64,000 nt of DNA from Octopus sinensis (GCF_006345805.1 NC_043016.1:14942001-15006000), one strand, 5' to 3'; counted from the stretch's first letter, positions 11,590 through 25,643 are shown. Notes: a model not told the origin generated them from the letters alone. Numbers and translations: made by a program.

Positions 11590-12290
11590 TAAGAATGATA
11601 TTCCTGGTCTTAGATAATAAGTCAGTTGTCCTGGGCATGAATGAACCTGTCAGAGAGCGACCAATACTTTGACAGTTTGCTTTTCTGAACCTGACGAACA
11701 GTGGAGCCTGGGCTGGTAGCTGACCGCACCAATTTTCCACTGGAGAAGAGGTCACAGCATGTAGTAGCCCAGATGAGGAGCCTACAACCACAGAGTGGGA
11801 TAATTGTTATACCACGAGGCCTTTTACTGTCTCCTTAATCTAGCCCCACTGGTTCAAGCTGGGAAGGGAAGCCTGCAGCATCTAGACCATGCTTTCTGAT
11901 TTCATTAAGGACGGCATGGCATGGGAAGCGGCCAGTAATATAATGACAATTGGTAAAGGTTGAAAGGATCCACAGTGTCATTTTTGAGGCTCGCAGGCCT
12001 GGAGGCCAAGCTTCAGGGAAACACTATCAAGCTGAGTGCCAGTCACAAGTGATGGCATTGCTTTGAGCTAGGCTCCACTGTGGGGCTTGGAGACTGAATG
12101 AAAACATGCCAGATGATACTGCTCAAGTCAGCATACCAAGTCATCTGAGATGATGTTGCACTGGATGGCATCCCATTTGTTTTGGGGAGACTGGACATTC
12201 ACAGAGGGGAGCTGGGGATGGACGTCCGAAGGGCACAGGCTGAGCTAACTCCATGTCGCAAAGGTCACTTCATGCTCCCCAATCACAATT
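11590..12290 (-). mobile_element. CRE-clade (restriction-like endonuclease) non-LTR retrotransposon, decayed C-terminal fragment
   Basis: Minus-strand translation KPHSGA*LKAMPS...LKLGLQACEPQK*HCG...GRFPCHAVLNEIRKHGLDAAGFPSQLEPVGLD*GDSKRPRGITIIP...LLIWATTCCDLFS...SKLSKYWSLSDRF matches the CRE zinc-knuckle and KRPDG...WDATC.D RLE region as I recall it. Confidence 0.75.
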
Positions 12291-15200
12291 GGCTCAATTG
12301 AGTTGTGGAGAACCGTGTCATCAGGTTCACATCGAAATAGAATTTTATTGAATCAACTGATTGGGTGTCATAAAATTTGCAGTTTTTGTGTATTGCTACA
12401 GAAGATCACAGGTTTGTCATTTTTTCAGTCATACCTGTACATAGAAAAGACATAGACAGGGTTAGGGTCTGAGATCTGAATATATCGTTTTTGACAAAGA
12501 TATTTTACAGTGACTGGATAAGCAAAGTAGGTGAGTTTTCAATATCAACCAGTGGTGAATTTTTTTAAGACAGAATAAAATCAATGTATTTAGTAGGGAT
12601 GCAGGAAGAGAAAATGCTACAGTAGGGAAGAGAACATGTTAGCGAATTAAAAGAAGAAGCTGTTAGGAGGAGCTTTGCATCTAATGTACAAGAGCTGAAA
12701 ATGATATTCAACCATTTCTCTTATATAAAATACAAAGTTTGTATTATTTGAGCTAAGACTAAATGTGCTGTGAGACAGGAAGAGCAAAAACCATTCTATA
12801 ACCTAGATATGAGAGGTACAAAGTGAAAGCAATGTCATAATTGTTATTTGATGGACCATAATGGGTGTATGCTGTCCAATTAAAGCAGATGTGTACAGTT
12901 TTCCTATTTGAAGGAAGCAGTGAACTGGAAACGAAGGACTCAATGGCTTATCATGATTCTCTGATAATGGCAGCTGAAATACAGGAGGAATTTAGTGGTT
13001 GTGTGAGGGGCAAACTGCTAGGTTAGAATGGTTTACCCAACAGACTTTCTTTATGTGCCAGTCTCCCATTTACTACAATCTTATTAGACTCCTATTGCAA
13101 TTGTAGCAGACTAAAAGCATTACCAATTACATGAATGAAGAATGGTTTTGTTGCTGAGAAACGATGTAAATATGTAGGATTTTATTGATTCTTTCAGACC
13201 CCAAAATTCAGTGAATTCCAAGTTCACATTTTGACCCAGATCGGTTTTTGTTGTCATAAGTATTTTTTCGGATGTATGCAATTCTTAACAGCTCTATCCA
13301 GGACAACCACTGCCTACAATATATTGTAGAGAGAGTAGATAATATGGATTTGGTGGGGTTCTGAACAACTTTGGTAGATTTAAACTGGATCAGCCATCAG
13401 TAACTGGTGGCTCTTCAAGTGCAGTCAGTGTAACTTAGATTTCCAAGGACTGCATTGCTGATATACAGACAGGCTGGAACATCTTGCTCTTTTACTCTTC
13501 TTGAAAAATAAACTGCTTTTGAGATCTTTACCCTTTGAACGGCAGACCAAGAAATTAATTGTTTGTAACTAAACACTTTCAAACTTTGGACACTGGTAGA
13601 ATGTGTCATATAAAACAATTTTTACTCTTAGTGTTTTTGAGAAAAGTTTGCATTTTCAAAGTTATTTTGTGTTAAAGTTGTTGTATTTGAAAAGATCCTG
13701 GTTTTGCTGGTCAAAAGGTCCACCACCCTCTGTACAGAGGGCTCAGGACATTTGGGATTAATGAAGCCCAGGCATTAAGCTGAGGTGGTGACATTTTCTT
13801 CTGAAGGATGATAGATAACATCCAAAAGATCTTAACCAAGCTTGCTACATAGGAGTGTCAGTAGTTTGGAATAAACACTACAGTCATGGCAGTATTGTCA
13901 ATGAGGTCTGTCAGAGACACATGAAAAGCAATGAAAATGTCCCCCATACACATGTTCATTATATATTTGAACATTGTTGACTTGTGCACTGACATCTACA
14001 CCTGTTGTTGCTTCTACAACAGATTCAGCTATCACGCATCTACCTTCTTTTGGTGAGGAGGTTTGATTTTTTTTTTCTGTCTTGCTGATAAGACACAGGA
14101 GATAATATAACGAAGAAAATTAGAAGCACAGAGGACTGTTTTTTTCCCTCCCCTCCAATTAAGCCTTTATCAACTTTTACAAGTACCACTTAATGAGGAT
14201 GGTGAGGATAGAGAAGGAGAGGTACAGGTCTTCTACAAATTTGCAGAAAGCTTAATGGGCGACTGGTCCTAATGCCACAACTGGTTAAATGCATTTGGCA
14301 ATCAAAGTAATCTAGAATATAAGCTGTTCCTTAATTGTCCCTTGATGACTGTCTCTTAAAGAGCTTGCTGATGGGAAAGATATTAATTTCTAATTATTTA
14401 TGTTTATGTCAGTATTTATAACAGTGTCTTTTGAGGGGTACTACCTGTACTTGAGGTGGCATTCACCCAGGATGGGTTGAGCCAGTAACCAACGAATTCA
14501 TCATGTCCCTTATGAATGCTGACCACATCCAACAGTTAGCAGCAGTCAAAGCTGTAATGGATGCCTATTCCCTGTTCCACTGGGGGCCTGGTTGTGCTTC
14601 CACATCCATCTTTACTGTTGCCAGCCATTTCTTCAGTTGTCTTCCAATTTGTTTTGCAAGGGCTTGTTTCTTTTGTTTGTTTTTTAAAACATATTTGTAT
14701 GATGTTTTTACATTTTCTTTATACCTGTTTTAATGGCTATGTTCTTTGAACTCTGTCAGCTTATGGAATTGTAGAACAACAGATGTCACAAAAGCATTGC
14801 CCTACCATGCTGACTGAGGATCTAAACAAACGTCTTTACCAAATGTAAGTTGACTTCATAATCCTCTAACATTTTAATAAATAACTTTCTACCATTTTCT
14901 TACAAGGAAGACCAATGACAAAACGTATATCTGAGTTATTACAATGTCGTCTTTTCAGGAGCATCCAGGGTTTTATGTTATCTTGTATGTCTTTTCCATA
15001 GTCAATGACTGTGTGTGATTTAAGAGAGATTTTGGTTCCTATTTGTGACTGTGAATAGCAAGCTAATGTAGAGAAGTAACGGGAGTTTTCAACTTCCATA
15101 GTTTGGCTGGGTTTGCGATGTAGTAATTCCCTTAATTTTTATCTGTCGTGTCATTAATGAGGGCAAATGTCCTTAGATTTAATCTAATCACACTTTTGCA

Positions 15201-16568
15201 TCGCTCGTTTGTATCAGTGTGAATCAAGATATTGTTAGGGGAAAATGTGTGTGGAATGATAGCAGTGCATTTGACCTCACAGGGATCAGCTTTTGCAATC
15301 TGGCCAAAAGCATGATTAAGAACATGAGGGTAGGGCCAAGCATTCATTAGTCTTGGAGAAGGCTCTGAGCCAGTTATCATACTTAGTGGTTTGGTGACCT
15401 GTCATATGTATCAGTAGCTCATGGGGACCATGCAGTCTATGTAGAAAATCACCTTCCACAACATGAGAGTTAACAATGAGATCAGTGAAAACGTTAGTCT
15501 GCTGTTTCTTGCCCCTCAGAACACAATTCACAGCCTTCTGTTGTTTATTATACATCTTCTGACCATAACAGGTGAGTTAAAGATTGACTGTGTGCAAGAA
15601 CTCCCATATGCTAATGACCTAGTTCTCTATATTTATTAAAGATTTGGAGAAAAAAACTCCAAATAATGGAATTAAAACTTAGAATCAAAATCCCTTGAAG
15701 TAAACCAAGAAAAGACAAAAAAGTTAACAGAAAAGAAAAACAGGATCCAACTGCTAGCTTGGAAGTTGCCATTCCTGATATGCAGAAAAGGTGTGCAATA
15801 GGAATTGTATATTAAATTGTATATTATAGGTGCACAAGTGTTGTCGTGAGATCAGTGATAGAGTGACACACAAGGAAGACTACGTATGTAGCAGAATCAC
15901 TAAGTTAGAAGAAAGAGTTCTCATGAAATAAATTCTTTCAAATTCTTAGAAGGCTCCCAGAAATAGTTGATAGCTTCTTTCACCGAGGTGACTAAATTAG
16001 CAGTGGAAGTGGATGTTGTGGAAACAGTAACCAAAGTAAGAACTGAGTGGGAAGTGTTCAGATAGCAGCGAAGGGGCAACAATGAGATTCTCATTTGTAT
16101 GCTGTCTGCCACTCAGGCTGTGTATGAAGTGGAATGCTGTTTGGCAGCAAAAATACGGACACTGGATGCAAAGAATGTGTAAAGCTTGGGAGAAATGAGG
16201 TGATGGATGTGTAATGTTAGTGTGATGAATAATGAAGCACAAATGAAATGAAAGAAAAACAAGGTGTAAGAGGAATTAGATGTAATTTGCAAGACGGCAC
16301 TGGTATTGAAATGTGATTATGTATGAATATTGGCAGCTGGATTCAAGTGGATGCAACCAGTAGAAAAAGAAGCTCGGGAATAAGGTCAAACCAAAAAAAG
16401 ACAAGGAAACAGCAAGGAACTGAAACAGACAGTGAGATGTTGTCCTGGAGAAGGCACATCAAACTCATATAAGCTTGGAAAACAAGGACGTGACGTGAAA
16501 ATAATTATGATAGTCTAACTGAGTAATAGTGTTACAAGAGTTTCTTCCCTTTGTATTTTATTTTTCAG

Positions 16569-16668
16569 CCAAGCCAAACGACAGGTTTTGGAAAAGCTTG
16601 ATGTAAAAGAAGAAAATCAACACGAAGCATTTCAGCAAGCGAGAAAGAGAAATAAACAAATTCTTTTG
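16569..16668 (+). CDS. CEP15: C3orf14/CEP15-like (DUF4570-type coiled-coil) internal exon
   Basis: TTTTTCAG acceptor and GTATGT donor. Encodes (x)QAKRQVLEKLDVKEENQHEAFQQARKRNKQILL; ARKRNKQILL aligns with human C3orf14 AFKRNLSLLK (from memory). Begins in phase 2, so an upstream coding exon is required. Confidence 0.72.
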
Positions 16669-18271
16669 GTATGTTTTATTAAAGATCTCTCATTTAACCA
16701 TTTTATGCTAATTTTTGAGCCATCTTGTAACTAAGTCTCTCAAAGTCTTCTCTTTCCAGTTGCTTATGTTCTGAAACTTACTCTTGGCCCAAATCAATAT
16801 GTTTAATATATTCAATATTTTTCTAAGAATAGTTATCAACATTAAGTATGTCCTTTATTATGCTCTGTTACAATGATAGATTTACACCTTTCACATTTCT
16901 CCTAATTGCATTGTTGCTGATGTTGGCAGTAAGAGCTCTTGGCTGGATGTATCCATAATGATGCTTTGATACTTAATTAGAACAAATCTACGTAATTGCA
17001 TGCAAACTCTCAAAGATATGAAATATAGTAATACTTTGCCATATCGTGGTTCACCTATCACACACTCACTACATCACGGTTCACCTATTACACCCTAAGT
17101 ACATCACGGATTTTTCTGGTTAATATGTGTAAGTTTATATCACAAACTCCTCAATATTTCTGGGTTTCTGCAGCCAATAGATATTTATATTTTTTTCAGA
17201 TTTTAATTATTTGTGTGGGAGGTTTTGGAACGTAACATCTGCGATAGAAGAGGGAATACTGTAATGCCCTTTTTTTTCACCCCTACATAAATCAGTCTCC
17301 CTGTTGTTTCTAGCATTAATGCCTAAAATACATTTGAACCATTAAGGCCCTAATTATATCGATTCGAGAGAAGATCTTTGTGTATGGTTTCCTTTTGCTT
17401 CTTGAGAGAATTTAAAAGAATATTACTCTTAGATTCCCAGAAAAACAACAAAATACTTCACATCTCCACTTACATTTTCACCTTATATTCATCCATCCAT
17501 CTTCTTCGTTCACTGTTCTTGAGAGGGTCATTGGGAGTGGCGGTGGGGAGTCCTCAAGCCCCTCTTCCGTAGAGTCCAATTAGAAGCAACTGTCATTACA
17601 GTTTCCAGCTGGATTTCCAAGTGTGGCCAACTGAAACTATAGATATTATCTGACCATCTCATTCTTCGTCTACCCCTTGGTCACCTGCCATCTGGCTGAA
17701 CTTGAAGAATCCATCTTGTGCTCAGTGTGAAGTAGCAGCCCAACTTGAAGAGATTCTCTGATCTTTGACCTATGCACCTTGTCAAGTAACGTTACTCCAG
17801 AGACCCTTCAGAGAACCCCATTTTGCCTAATATTAACCTAATATTTCTGCAATATATGTAACCATCATCACCACTGTTTTAATCACTATATTAACCTTTG
17901 AGTTTTACAGTGAAGACATTTTGATCCTCCTCACCCCACCCCATTCCATTCCATTTTCTTTCCTCGGTCAGTATCATTCATTTGTGTGACAGTCCCAAAC
18001 CAATTCCGTTAAGTCTGCTGCCAGTACCTAAACACTTAATCATGACCTGCATTTCAGATGTCTTTTGTTTTAACCTCTTTAACACAATACTCTTGTTGGT
18101 CACATAAAAATGGAATTCTAGATCCAATTTATAAATTCTGTAAGTGTAAAACAGTTCAAATTTTAGAAAAAAATATTTTGTGTTGTGTCAGAGTATGGAT
18201 GGGTGTATTTATGTTTCTTTGATGTCTTTTTTATTTCTAAACAATCTGAAATAAATTGTTTTTGCTTTCAG

Positions 18272-18349
18272 GAATTAAATTCTTCACAAGAAAAATTAAG
18301 ATTAATGGAAGAAAACAACAAACCAACTACTAAGTTAAAAATTATGGAA
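18272..18349 (+). CDS. CEP15: C3orf14/CEP15-like internal exon
   Basis: TTTGCTTTCAG acceptor, GTAAGG donor, phase 0-0. Encodes ELNSSQEKLRLMEENNKPTTKLKIME, compared with human DIEAAEKSLQ...VVSLE. Confidence 0.75.
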
Positions 18350-18374
18350 GTAAGGAAGTTTACTGTTATTCTTC

Positions 18375-18413
<39 letters not shown>

Positions 18414-18719
18414 TGTTTTAAATCTGGATTTTGTCCCTGTTAACAGGAATGACCAGATCTACCACAATGCCATAGCAACTGAGGTAGGCGGGTGCAACCC
18501 ACCCCAACCTTTGGGCTGGCTGGTGTCCATTCTCCTTTGCTATCAAGGAAGAATATTTTAGCTAAATATGACCAGTTTAAATGCTAAAGGGTTAGAGTAT
18601 TGATAAAGATAATTTTTTTCCTGTCAAGTAGACGGAAAAAAATTAAAAATTAAAGGGTTTTTTCCTTGCTGAATTTAGTTTGATTAATGATATACAAGTA
18701 TATATTGATTAATGATTTA

Positions 18720-19315
18720 TAAGTACTTTGGACTGGGGTAGAAGGAGACTCAGGATGACATGGGATGAGGTGGTGAAGCATGACCTTCAAACATTGGGCC
18801 TCACAGAGGCAATGACAAAAGACCGAGACCTCTGGAGGTGTGCTGTGACTGAGAAGACCTGGCGAATAAAGTGAGTTCACAGCTGTAACCTACACCAGTG
18901 TCGCATAACCAGCCCACTCAAAACTACCTTGGATTGTAGGGTGACATGCCGTGCTTGAGGAGACCTATTGAGTCAAGTACATCAACATCAAATCAAATGG
19001 AAATTGTGGTTGTGACCTCTGTGCCAGTAGCACGTAAAAAGCACCATCCGAATGTGGTCGATGCCAGTACCACTTTGACTGGCTTCTGTGCCAGTGGCAT
19101 GTAAAAATCACCATATGATTATGGTCAATGTCAGCTCCTGTGGCACTTAAAAAGCACCCACTACACTCTTGGAGTGGTTGGCGCTAGGAAGGGCATCCAG
19201 CTGTAGAAACACTGCCAGATCAGATTGGAGCCTGGTGCAGCCTCCTTCCCAGACCCTAGTCGAACCGTACAACCTATGCCAGCATGTAAAACGGATGTTA
19301 AATGATGATGATGAT
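18720..19315 (+). mobile_element. RTE LINE 3' fragment (RT C-terminus, 3' UTR tandem units, (GAT)n tail)
   Basis: Reads GRRRLRMTWDEVVKHDLQTLGLTEAMTKDRDLWRCAV, followed by the CACGTAAAAAGCACC units and GATGATGAT. Confidence 0.85.
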
Positions 19316-19641
19316 TTAGTTAAGATATTTTTTTAAAATGCATAATTTTTGCTGGACACTATTCCTATTGATTAAGTTCTATGTAAAGGAATTCTTTTCA
19401 CACTTATTATCCTCCATACAAAGGAACATGACAAATCTTATCAGATAGTACCAATACTTTATTCTTTTCTTTTTTTTTTTTTGGTATTCACATATCAATT
19501 AATTTCAAAGATCTTGACTTCTTGCCTGATACTCACTGTAGTAACAAAATTGATTTGATCTATGGCTGAATTTATTAGAATATTCTAAAATTTACTGGTT
19601 TAAAATGCGGATTGAACTAAATAAAAAAATTCTTTTTTCAG

Positions 19642-19713
19642 ACAAATTACTGGTCATTTGTGAATGTAATGAAACCGCTGTGGGAAAATGAAATCTTGAC
19701 CATTGAGAAATAA
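19642..19713 (+). CDS. CEP15: C3orf14/CEP15-like last coding exon
   Basis: TCTTTTTTCAG acceptor. Encodes TNYWSFVNVMKPLWENEILTIEK*. The spliced ETNYW...P.WE matches the family motif ETRYWASVEEYIPKWE. Confidence 0.78.
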   Translation, partial: TNYWSFVNVMKPLWENEILTIEK

Positions 19714-19929
19714 GAATGGAAACTGATGGTTTGTGCCACATGGAAACCTATTTGTAATGGATTTACCAAATCTATATATGTTACCTGTTAAAGAACATAA
19801 ATAGAAATACAAACTATGTGGAAAACAAACACCGTTAATCTAATTCTGAAATTTCAACCCACCATATTTTTGTATGCATTTTACACTCATACACACACAT
19901 GCACGTGCACACACACACACACACATTCA

Positions 19930-20790
19930 TACAGAGTATAAGAGGTATTTGAGAATATAGTAATTTTATAAAACAATTCTAATTTAGCAAAAACCAAATG
20001 TATTTAATAAAATTTCATGGACAAGTTCTCGATAATCTTTCTTCTAAGATTATTCTGTGAGTCCACCTTCAGCTGCGACGATTGTTTCAATGCAGAACCA
20101 GAATAGTTGACAAACCTACACTAAATAGCTTTTACTTCACACCTGGATAATGACAGCCTTCAGGGGAGCTATGGTCTTGTGATGATGTTGATTAGTCTCC
20201 CTTCAAAAAACACTCCAAACGTAGTAGTCCAAGTTTGGTGTTGGATTGTCATAAAAATTCTAAGATCCTGTGGAAAGATGGGAATTGGCATGATATGACC
20301 TTCTTTACTCACCATTCCTAAAGCCATCAGAAGCATCTGTACATAGCCATCTCTCATTTCTCTCGTTAGATTTCGGGTCTTGGTTGAAGAGTTTTTCCCA
20401 TCAGAGAACCAAAGCAGGCCATGTTTGTGAGGGGTTTTAAACTTTGTTAAGCAACTGCTTGGCAGGGATCAAATTGGTTTCTGTGTCTTTGCAGAATTAG
20501 TCCCTCCTCAATACAAACGACTTGTATTGAATGTCCGCATGCACCATAATTCTGACAGTCCACTCTGATACCAGAAGTTCTATGGTGATGGCCCTTATTG
20601 ATTTTCTGGGATCCATATCAATAAGGTTGGATGAGTTGCTGTTTCCTGATAGTTCTTTGAGAATGAAGTGTATCAAAGAGTGGGAGGTAAAACCCCTAAA
20701 CATTCTCACGAGAGGCTTCCAATTCCATCTGAACTTTGTAAACCAAAGATCTTGCAACATATAAAATGTTGTCAATTTTCTAAATTGTTT
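19930..20790 (-). mobile_element. Second decayed DD37D/maT-like transposase
   Basis: ORF 20169..20357(-) contains MALGMVSKEGHIMPIPIFPQDLR (compare VMVLGVVSSEGHVMPP). Upstream minus-strand frames are also transposase-like. Confidence 0.6.
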
Positions 20791-22036
20791 CTCTCTCTCT
20801 CTCTCTCATACACACACACACGCTCACACACACACATACACACACTCACACACATGGCAACAATGACTGCATCTCTTTTCATCTCCTATGTTACCATTTT
20901 ATCTATCATGGGGGGTTTTCATTGGCCTGAAGAAAGTAATATACTGATAATTAAGTGTTCTCAAGTACCCTACTCAACTGGTTGGCGTTAGGAAGGGCAT
21001 CCAGCCGTAGAAACACTGCCAACCCATGCTAGATTGGAAAGCGGACGCTAAATGATGATGATGATGATGATATATATATGTATGTATTGTCATCATCATC
21101 ATCAGTTAACATCTGAGTTCCATGCTGGCATGGGTTAGATGGTTTGACAGGGTCTGGTGATCTGATGAGTAGAGGGACTGCATCATGCATCTATGTCTAC
21201 TTTTACAGTTGGATGCCCTTCCTAACACAAACCACTTTGCTGAGTGTACTGGGATGTTTTTTTAATTGGGACCAGCACTAGTGAGGTTGCCATGCAGCAT
21301 GCTAGGCTAAGGCCCTAAAGTGGTCCCTATAACCAAGGGAGAATATGCGTGTTGGTATACCTGCATTATCCAACAAGGCTGATTGTCATGGTTTATGTAT
21401 TAATTTTTCCAGTAAATGGTATATTACATCTAGTTTATTTGTTATTTTAACAGCTAAAATACATATTTCTATCTATTTATTCCATAGTTATTATTTACGT
21501 CATGTTTTTCACGTGATAGATTTCTTAGCAATGCTAGGTTCTGAGTTTAACATTTAAAATTTCAGTTAACTGGTATTCTTCAATAAGATAAATTATGATT
21601 TTTTTTTTCATTAATATTGTTACATTTTATTTATTGTTATGATACGTATATTTCTATATTTATTTTATTATTTTAGACCTGAAGAGTGGTCATATTTTTA
21701 AATTGAATGAATTTTAATAGTATTGATTCTGTTATTATCAATTTACAATTTAAAGAAATAGTAATAAAATGCGTGTAGTCAATTTAATGTTTATTTAATT
21801 TAGTGATCTTTTAAATAATATTTATTATAATATATTTAAATTTTTCTATATGATTTAATATAGCTAATATCTTTCACTATCAATTGAATTACTTGATAGA
21901 GGTTGTTTCTCCTAATTACGTACATATATTATATATTGTGAAATTTGATTTAGAATTGCTAATTGAATTTTTCCCTGTAAGTTTGGAATTTCATATTCCC
22001 TACTATTATTAATTCATCATCAGGATCAGGATCATG

Positions 22037-22085
<49 letters not shown>

Positions 22086-22112
22086 CATTATATATATATA
22101 TTATATACATAT

Positions 22113-22144
<32 letters not shown>

Positions 22145-22502
22145 CTCTTTATCTTTTATTAAACTTCTAATACTTTTGATATATATATTTAAAAAAATTA
22201 ATTAATTAATTAGTTAATTAATAAAATAATATATAAATAAAAATATACATACATACATATATATATATAAAATTTATAAGTTTAAATTATTCAAATAATT
22301 TTTTATTTTTAACTTTTATATTTTAAATTAATTTTATGTATTGGCTTGTTTTTCACCGTTTGATTTGCCTAATAGTGGTTTTATCTCTAATCTAATATAA
22401 TATAATATAATAATATTTATACTATAAAATTGGATTTAATCCTAAATCTCATTTTCCCTGTAAGTTTGGATTTATTCCCTAATATTATTATTATTATTAT
22501 TA

Positions 22503-22559
<57 letters not shown>

Positions 22560-25506
22560 CATATATACATCTCACTTAAATCAAAATCAAAATGGAAATT
22601 GTAGCTGCGGCTGATGCCAGTGTCACCTAACTGGCTCCCCGTGCTAGTGGCACGTAAAAAGCACCATCTGAACATGGTCGATGTCAGCTTCCCCCCTCAC
22701 CCCGACTGGCTCTTGTGCTGGTGGCATGTAAAAAAACACCATCTCAACATGGCCAATGCCAGTGCTGCCTGACTGGGTCCCATACTGGTGGCATGTAAAA
22801 AACACCATCTGAACATGGTCGATGTCAGCTTCTACACTCACCCCGACTGCTGCCTGACTGGGTCCCATGCTGGTGGCACGTAAAAGCACCCACTACACTC
22901 TTGGAGTGGTGGGCATTAGGAAGAGCATCCAGCTGTAGAAACCTTGCCAGATCAGATTGGAGCCTGGTGCAGTCTTCTGGCTTACCAGTCCCCAGTCAAG
23001 CTGTCCAAACCATGCTAGCATGGAAAACAGACACTAAATGATGATGATGGTGATGATATACATATGTGCATGTATCAATCAACAAAAATGCATCTACATG
23101 TGATCTTCACAAGATACGTGACATAAATAATGGCCAAAACTATCTTATCTCTAAAATTGTAGCTTATGAACTTATGTGTGTGTGGATGCATGTACATCTG
23201 TATTTACATATGAATGTATGAACGTTAAGTATGTGGCCTCTATATTGTAGCACTCCTAATCTCCCTGCAAACAGCCTTATGTATGTATATATATATATTA
23301 TATATATATATATATATATGCACTAACAAGACAACTTCTACATGGTATCTCAAAAACTATAGAAACACTGACCAATACTACCTCAAGTCATTCTTTTATT
23401 CTTGTGTTATTTTGAGCGTTGCCAAGTGCCTCTCCTTTTATATGGTTAAATTATTAATTTCTTCGCTAAATAAATTCTACAGAAGTTTGCATTTCTGAAA
23501 ACCAAATCAGTATTTACAATAGACTATAGCTGGAAGCATTTTTGTGGCTTATTTGCTTCAAATATTTGTAAAATGTTCCTTGACAACCAGCAGTTTCATC
23601 ACAGACAGCAAGAAATGAGTTGAATTGTAATCATAGAATAAAGTTATTTTGATATTCATTCTGCGTTGCTCTGCATTCATTTTGTACAATGTTTCATTGT
23701 CTTGTATGGTTTCCTCGACATCTCTCATCTACCTCAGTTTCTGTCTGTCCCACACTCTCTCTCTTTTCTCTCTACCTCTCTCCCCATCTATCTATTTCAC
23801 TTTCCCCCTTGAATTCTCTCTCTCCCTTTGATCTCTCTTATTCTCTCCCCCTTGATGTCTCTCTTATTCTTTCTCTTTCCCTCTTGATCTCTGTTATTCT
23901 CTCTCTCCCCTTGATCTCCCCCCTCTCTTCTTTCACACAATAAACCACAATTATAACAACATCCTCAATAAGTCAATCAGGGAGCCTCCACATAATTGCT
24001 TGACCTGCAAAAAATCGAAGCCAAATGCCCCTCAGATTTCACCCTTCTATTTTAAGATAAGAGAAGACACTGCTGATAATGTGTATACAAAATGTCAAAA
24101 TGGTTACAGCAAGATTGTCTTTTGATAATAGGTCTGCTCAACCAGGAAATGACATGGAGTTAAATTACAATAATCACTGCAACAAAGGTGTTCTCAACAA
24201 GCAAACTTTGGCATGGCTCTTCATCCTACCATCATAACACTTATCTACGGCACTCCGTCAGTTACAATGATGAGGATTCCAGTTAATCCAATCAACAGAA
24301 CAGCTTACTCATGAAATTAATGTGAAAGTATCTGAGAACTCCACAGACATATGTACCCTTAATGTAGTTCTCAGGGAGATTCAGTGAGACAAGGCTGGTC
24401 CTTTGAAATACAGGTACAACAGAAACAGGAAGAAAGATGTGGTGAAAGAGTACAGCAGGGTTTGCCACCAGCCACTGCCAGAGCCTCATGGTGCCTTAGG
24501 TGTTTTTGCTCAATAAATATTCACAACGCCCAGTCTGGGAATTGAAACTGTGATCCTACGACCGCGAGTCCGCTACCCTAACCACTGGGCCCATTGTGCT
24601 CCACTATAACACTTAACACAAGAAGGATGCATAAGGTGGTGTAGTCCTTGATACATTATACCTGAAAACAAAACGAGGTGGTCATGACTGAAGTGCTTTT
24701 GATCACAGGTTTGCCTGATCAGGATTGAACTGTGGCTAAACAGCAGCTTCTTCAAAGAAGTTTGTTCATTTTATTTTACACAAATCCACAAATAATAGAA
24801 GAAAATCTAATAAAATCAAACTCTTCAATTCATTTGGAACAAAGTTTTGCAATTATTTCTTTATTTTCAAACTTGAAATTAAAAATAAATTTATTTTATA
24901 GTTTAACAAAATATATCAGCTCTGTTTCGAAAGTATATTCGAATCTCTGTTTTGAAATTAAATATTTGGGGTATATGTACTGTGACTTGGCCACCTCCGC
25001 TGACGCACCAATGGGAGGGGTGGTAGTGTTACAGTTCAGGGTTAAAACACCTGATGGTTGTTGGATACCATCTGATGATATCAATTCCTCCTGGTCAAAG
25101 CTGCATTCATTTTGGTGAGTGGAAAAGAAACAGCTTCATCTAGATGTTATCAACATAACATAGTGTATAAATTATATAAATTACATCTATTTAAAAAGAA
25201 AAATCAAACATATAAAAACTCAATAAACTGTAAAAATATGCTTTCATAAATTCAATGTTTAAAAACAATTTTATGTCATGTCCACATGTTTTAAGATGTG
25301 GTGCGGAGTTTTGGATTAAAATGCTGGGCTGCAGGGGTGCACGTAGAATGAAATGGTAAATGTGAAATGTAAAAGTTTGTGTTTAGGTTAAGAAAAGGGC
25401 TTCTGTGAGGCAGAGCCATACCAGAAAAGTATTAGCTGCAACAACTTGAAGCCTGAGCCTTCATGAAAATAAAAATACAAAAGCTTTCAATTTATTCAGC
25501 ACTGGA

Positions 25507-25546
25507 TCAAATCACAGGTTTCAACAAGTTGTTTTGGTCCCATAAA
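25507..25546 (-). CDS. POLD4: POLD4 (DNA polymerase delta p12) exon 4
   Basis: Minus-strand acceptor TTTCATTTCATTTCAG. Encodes (S)LWDQNNLLKPVI*; SLW matches the p12 C-terminus. AATAAA on the minus strand at 25496-25491. Confidence 0.85.
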
Positions 25547-25643
25547 CTGAAATGAAATGAAACATTGAATATAATATTTTTAGCAAAATATTGATTTCAA
25601 ATTTCTGCACAAGACCAGAAGCTTTTTAAAGGAAGTTTTAAAT

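Noticed and set aside
24732-25118. 128-aa plus-strand ORF as a protein-coding gene
   Set aside because: It starts at a near-cognate GTG, most of it is AT-rich and UTR-like, and no homology was recognised. It is kept only as an unexplained island.
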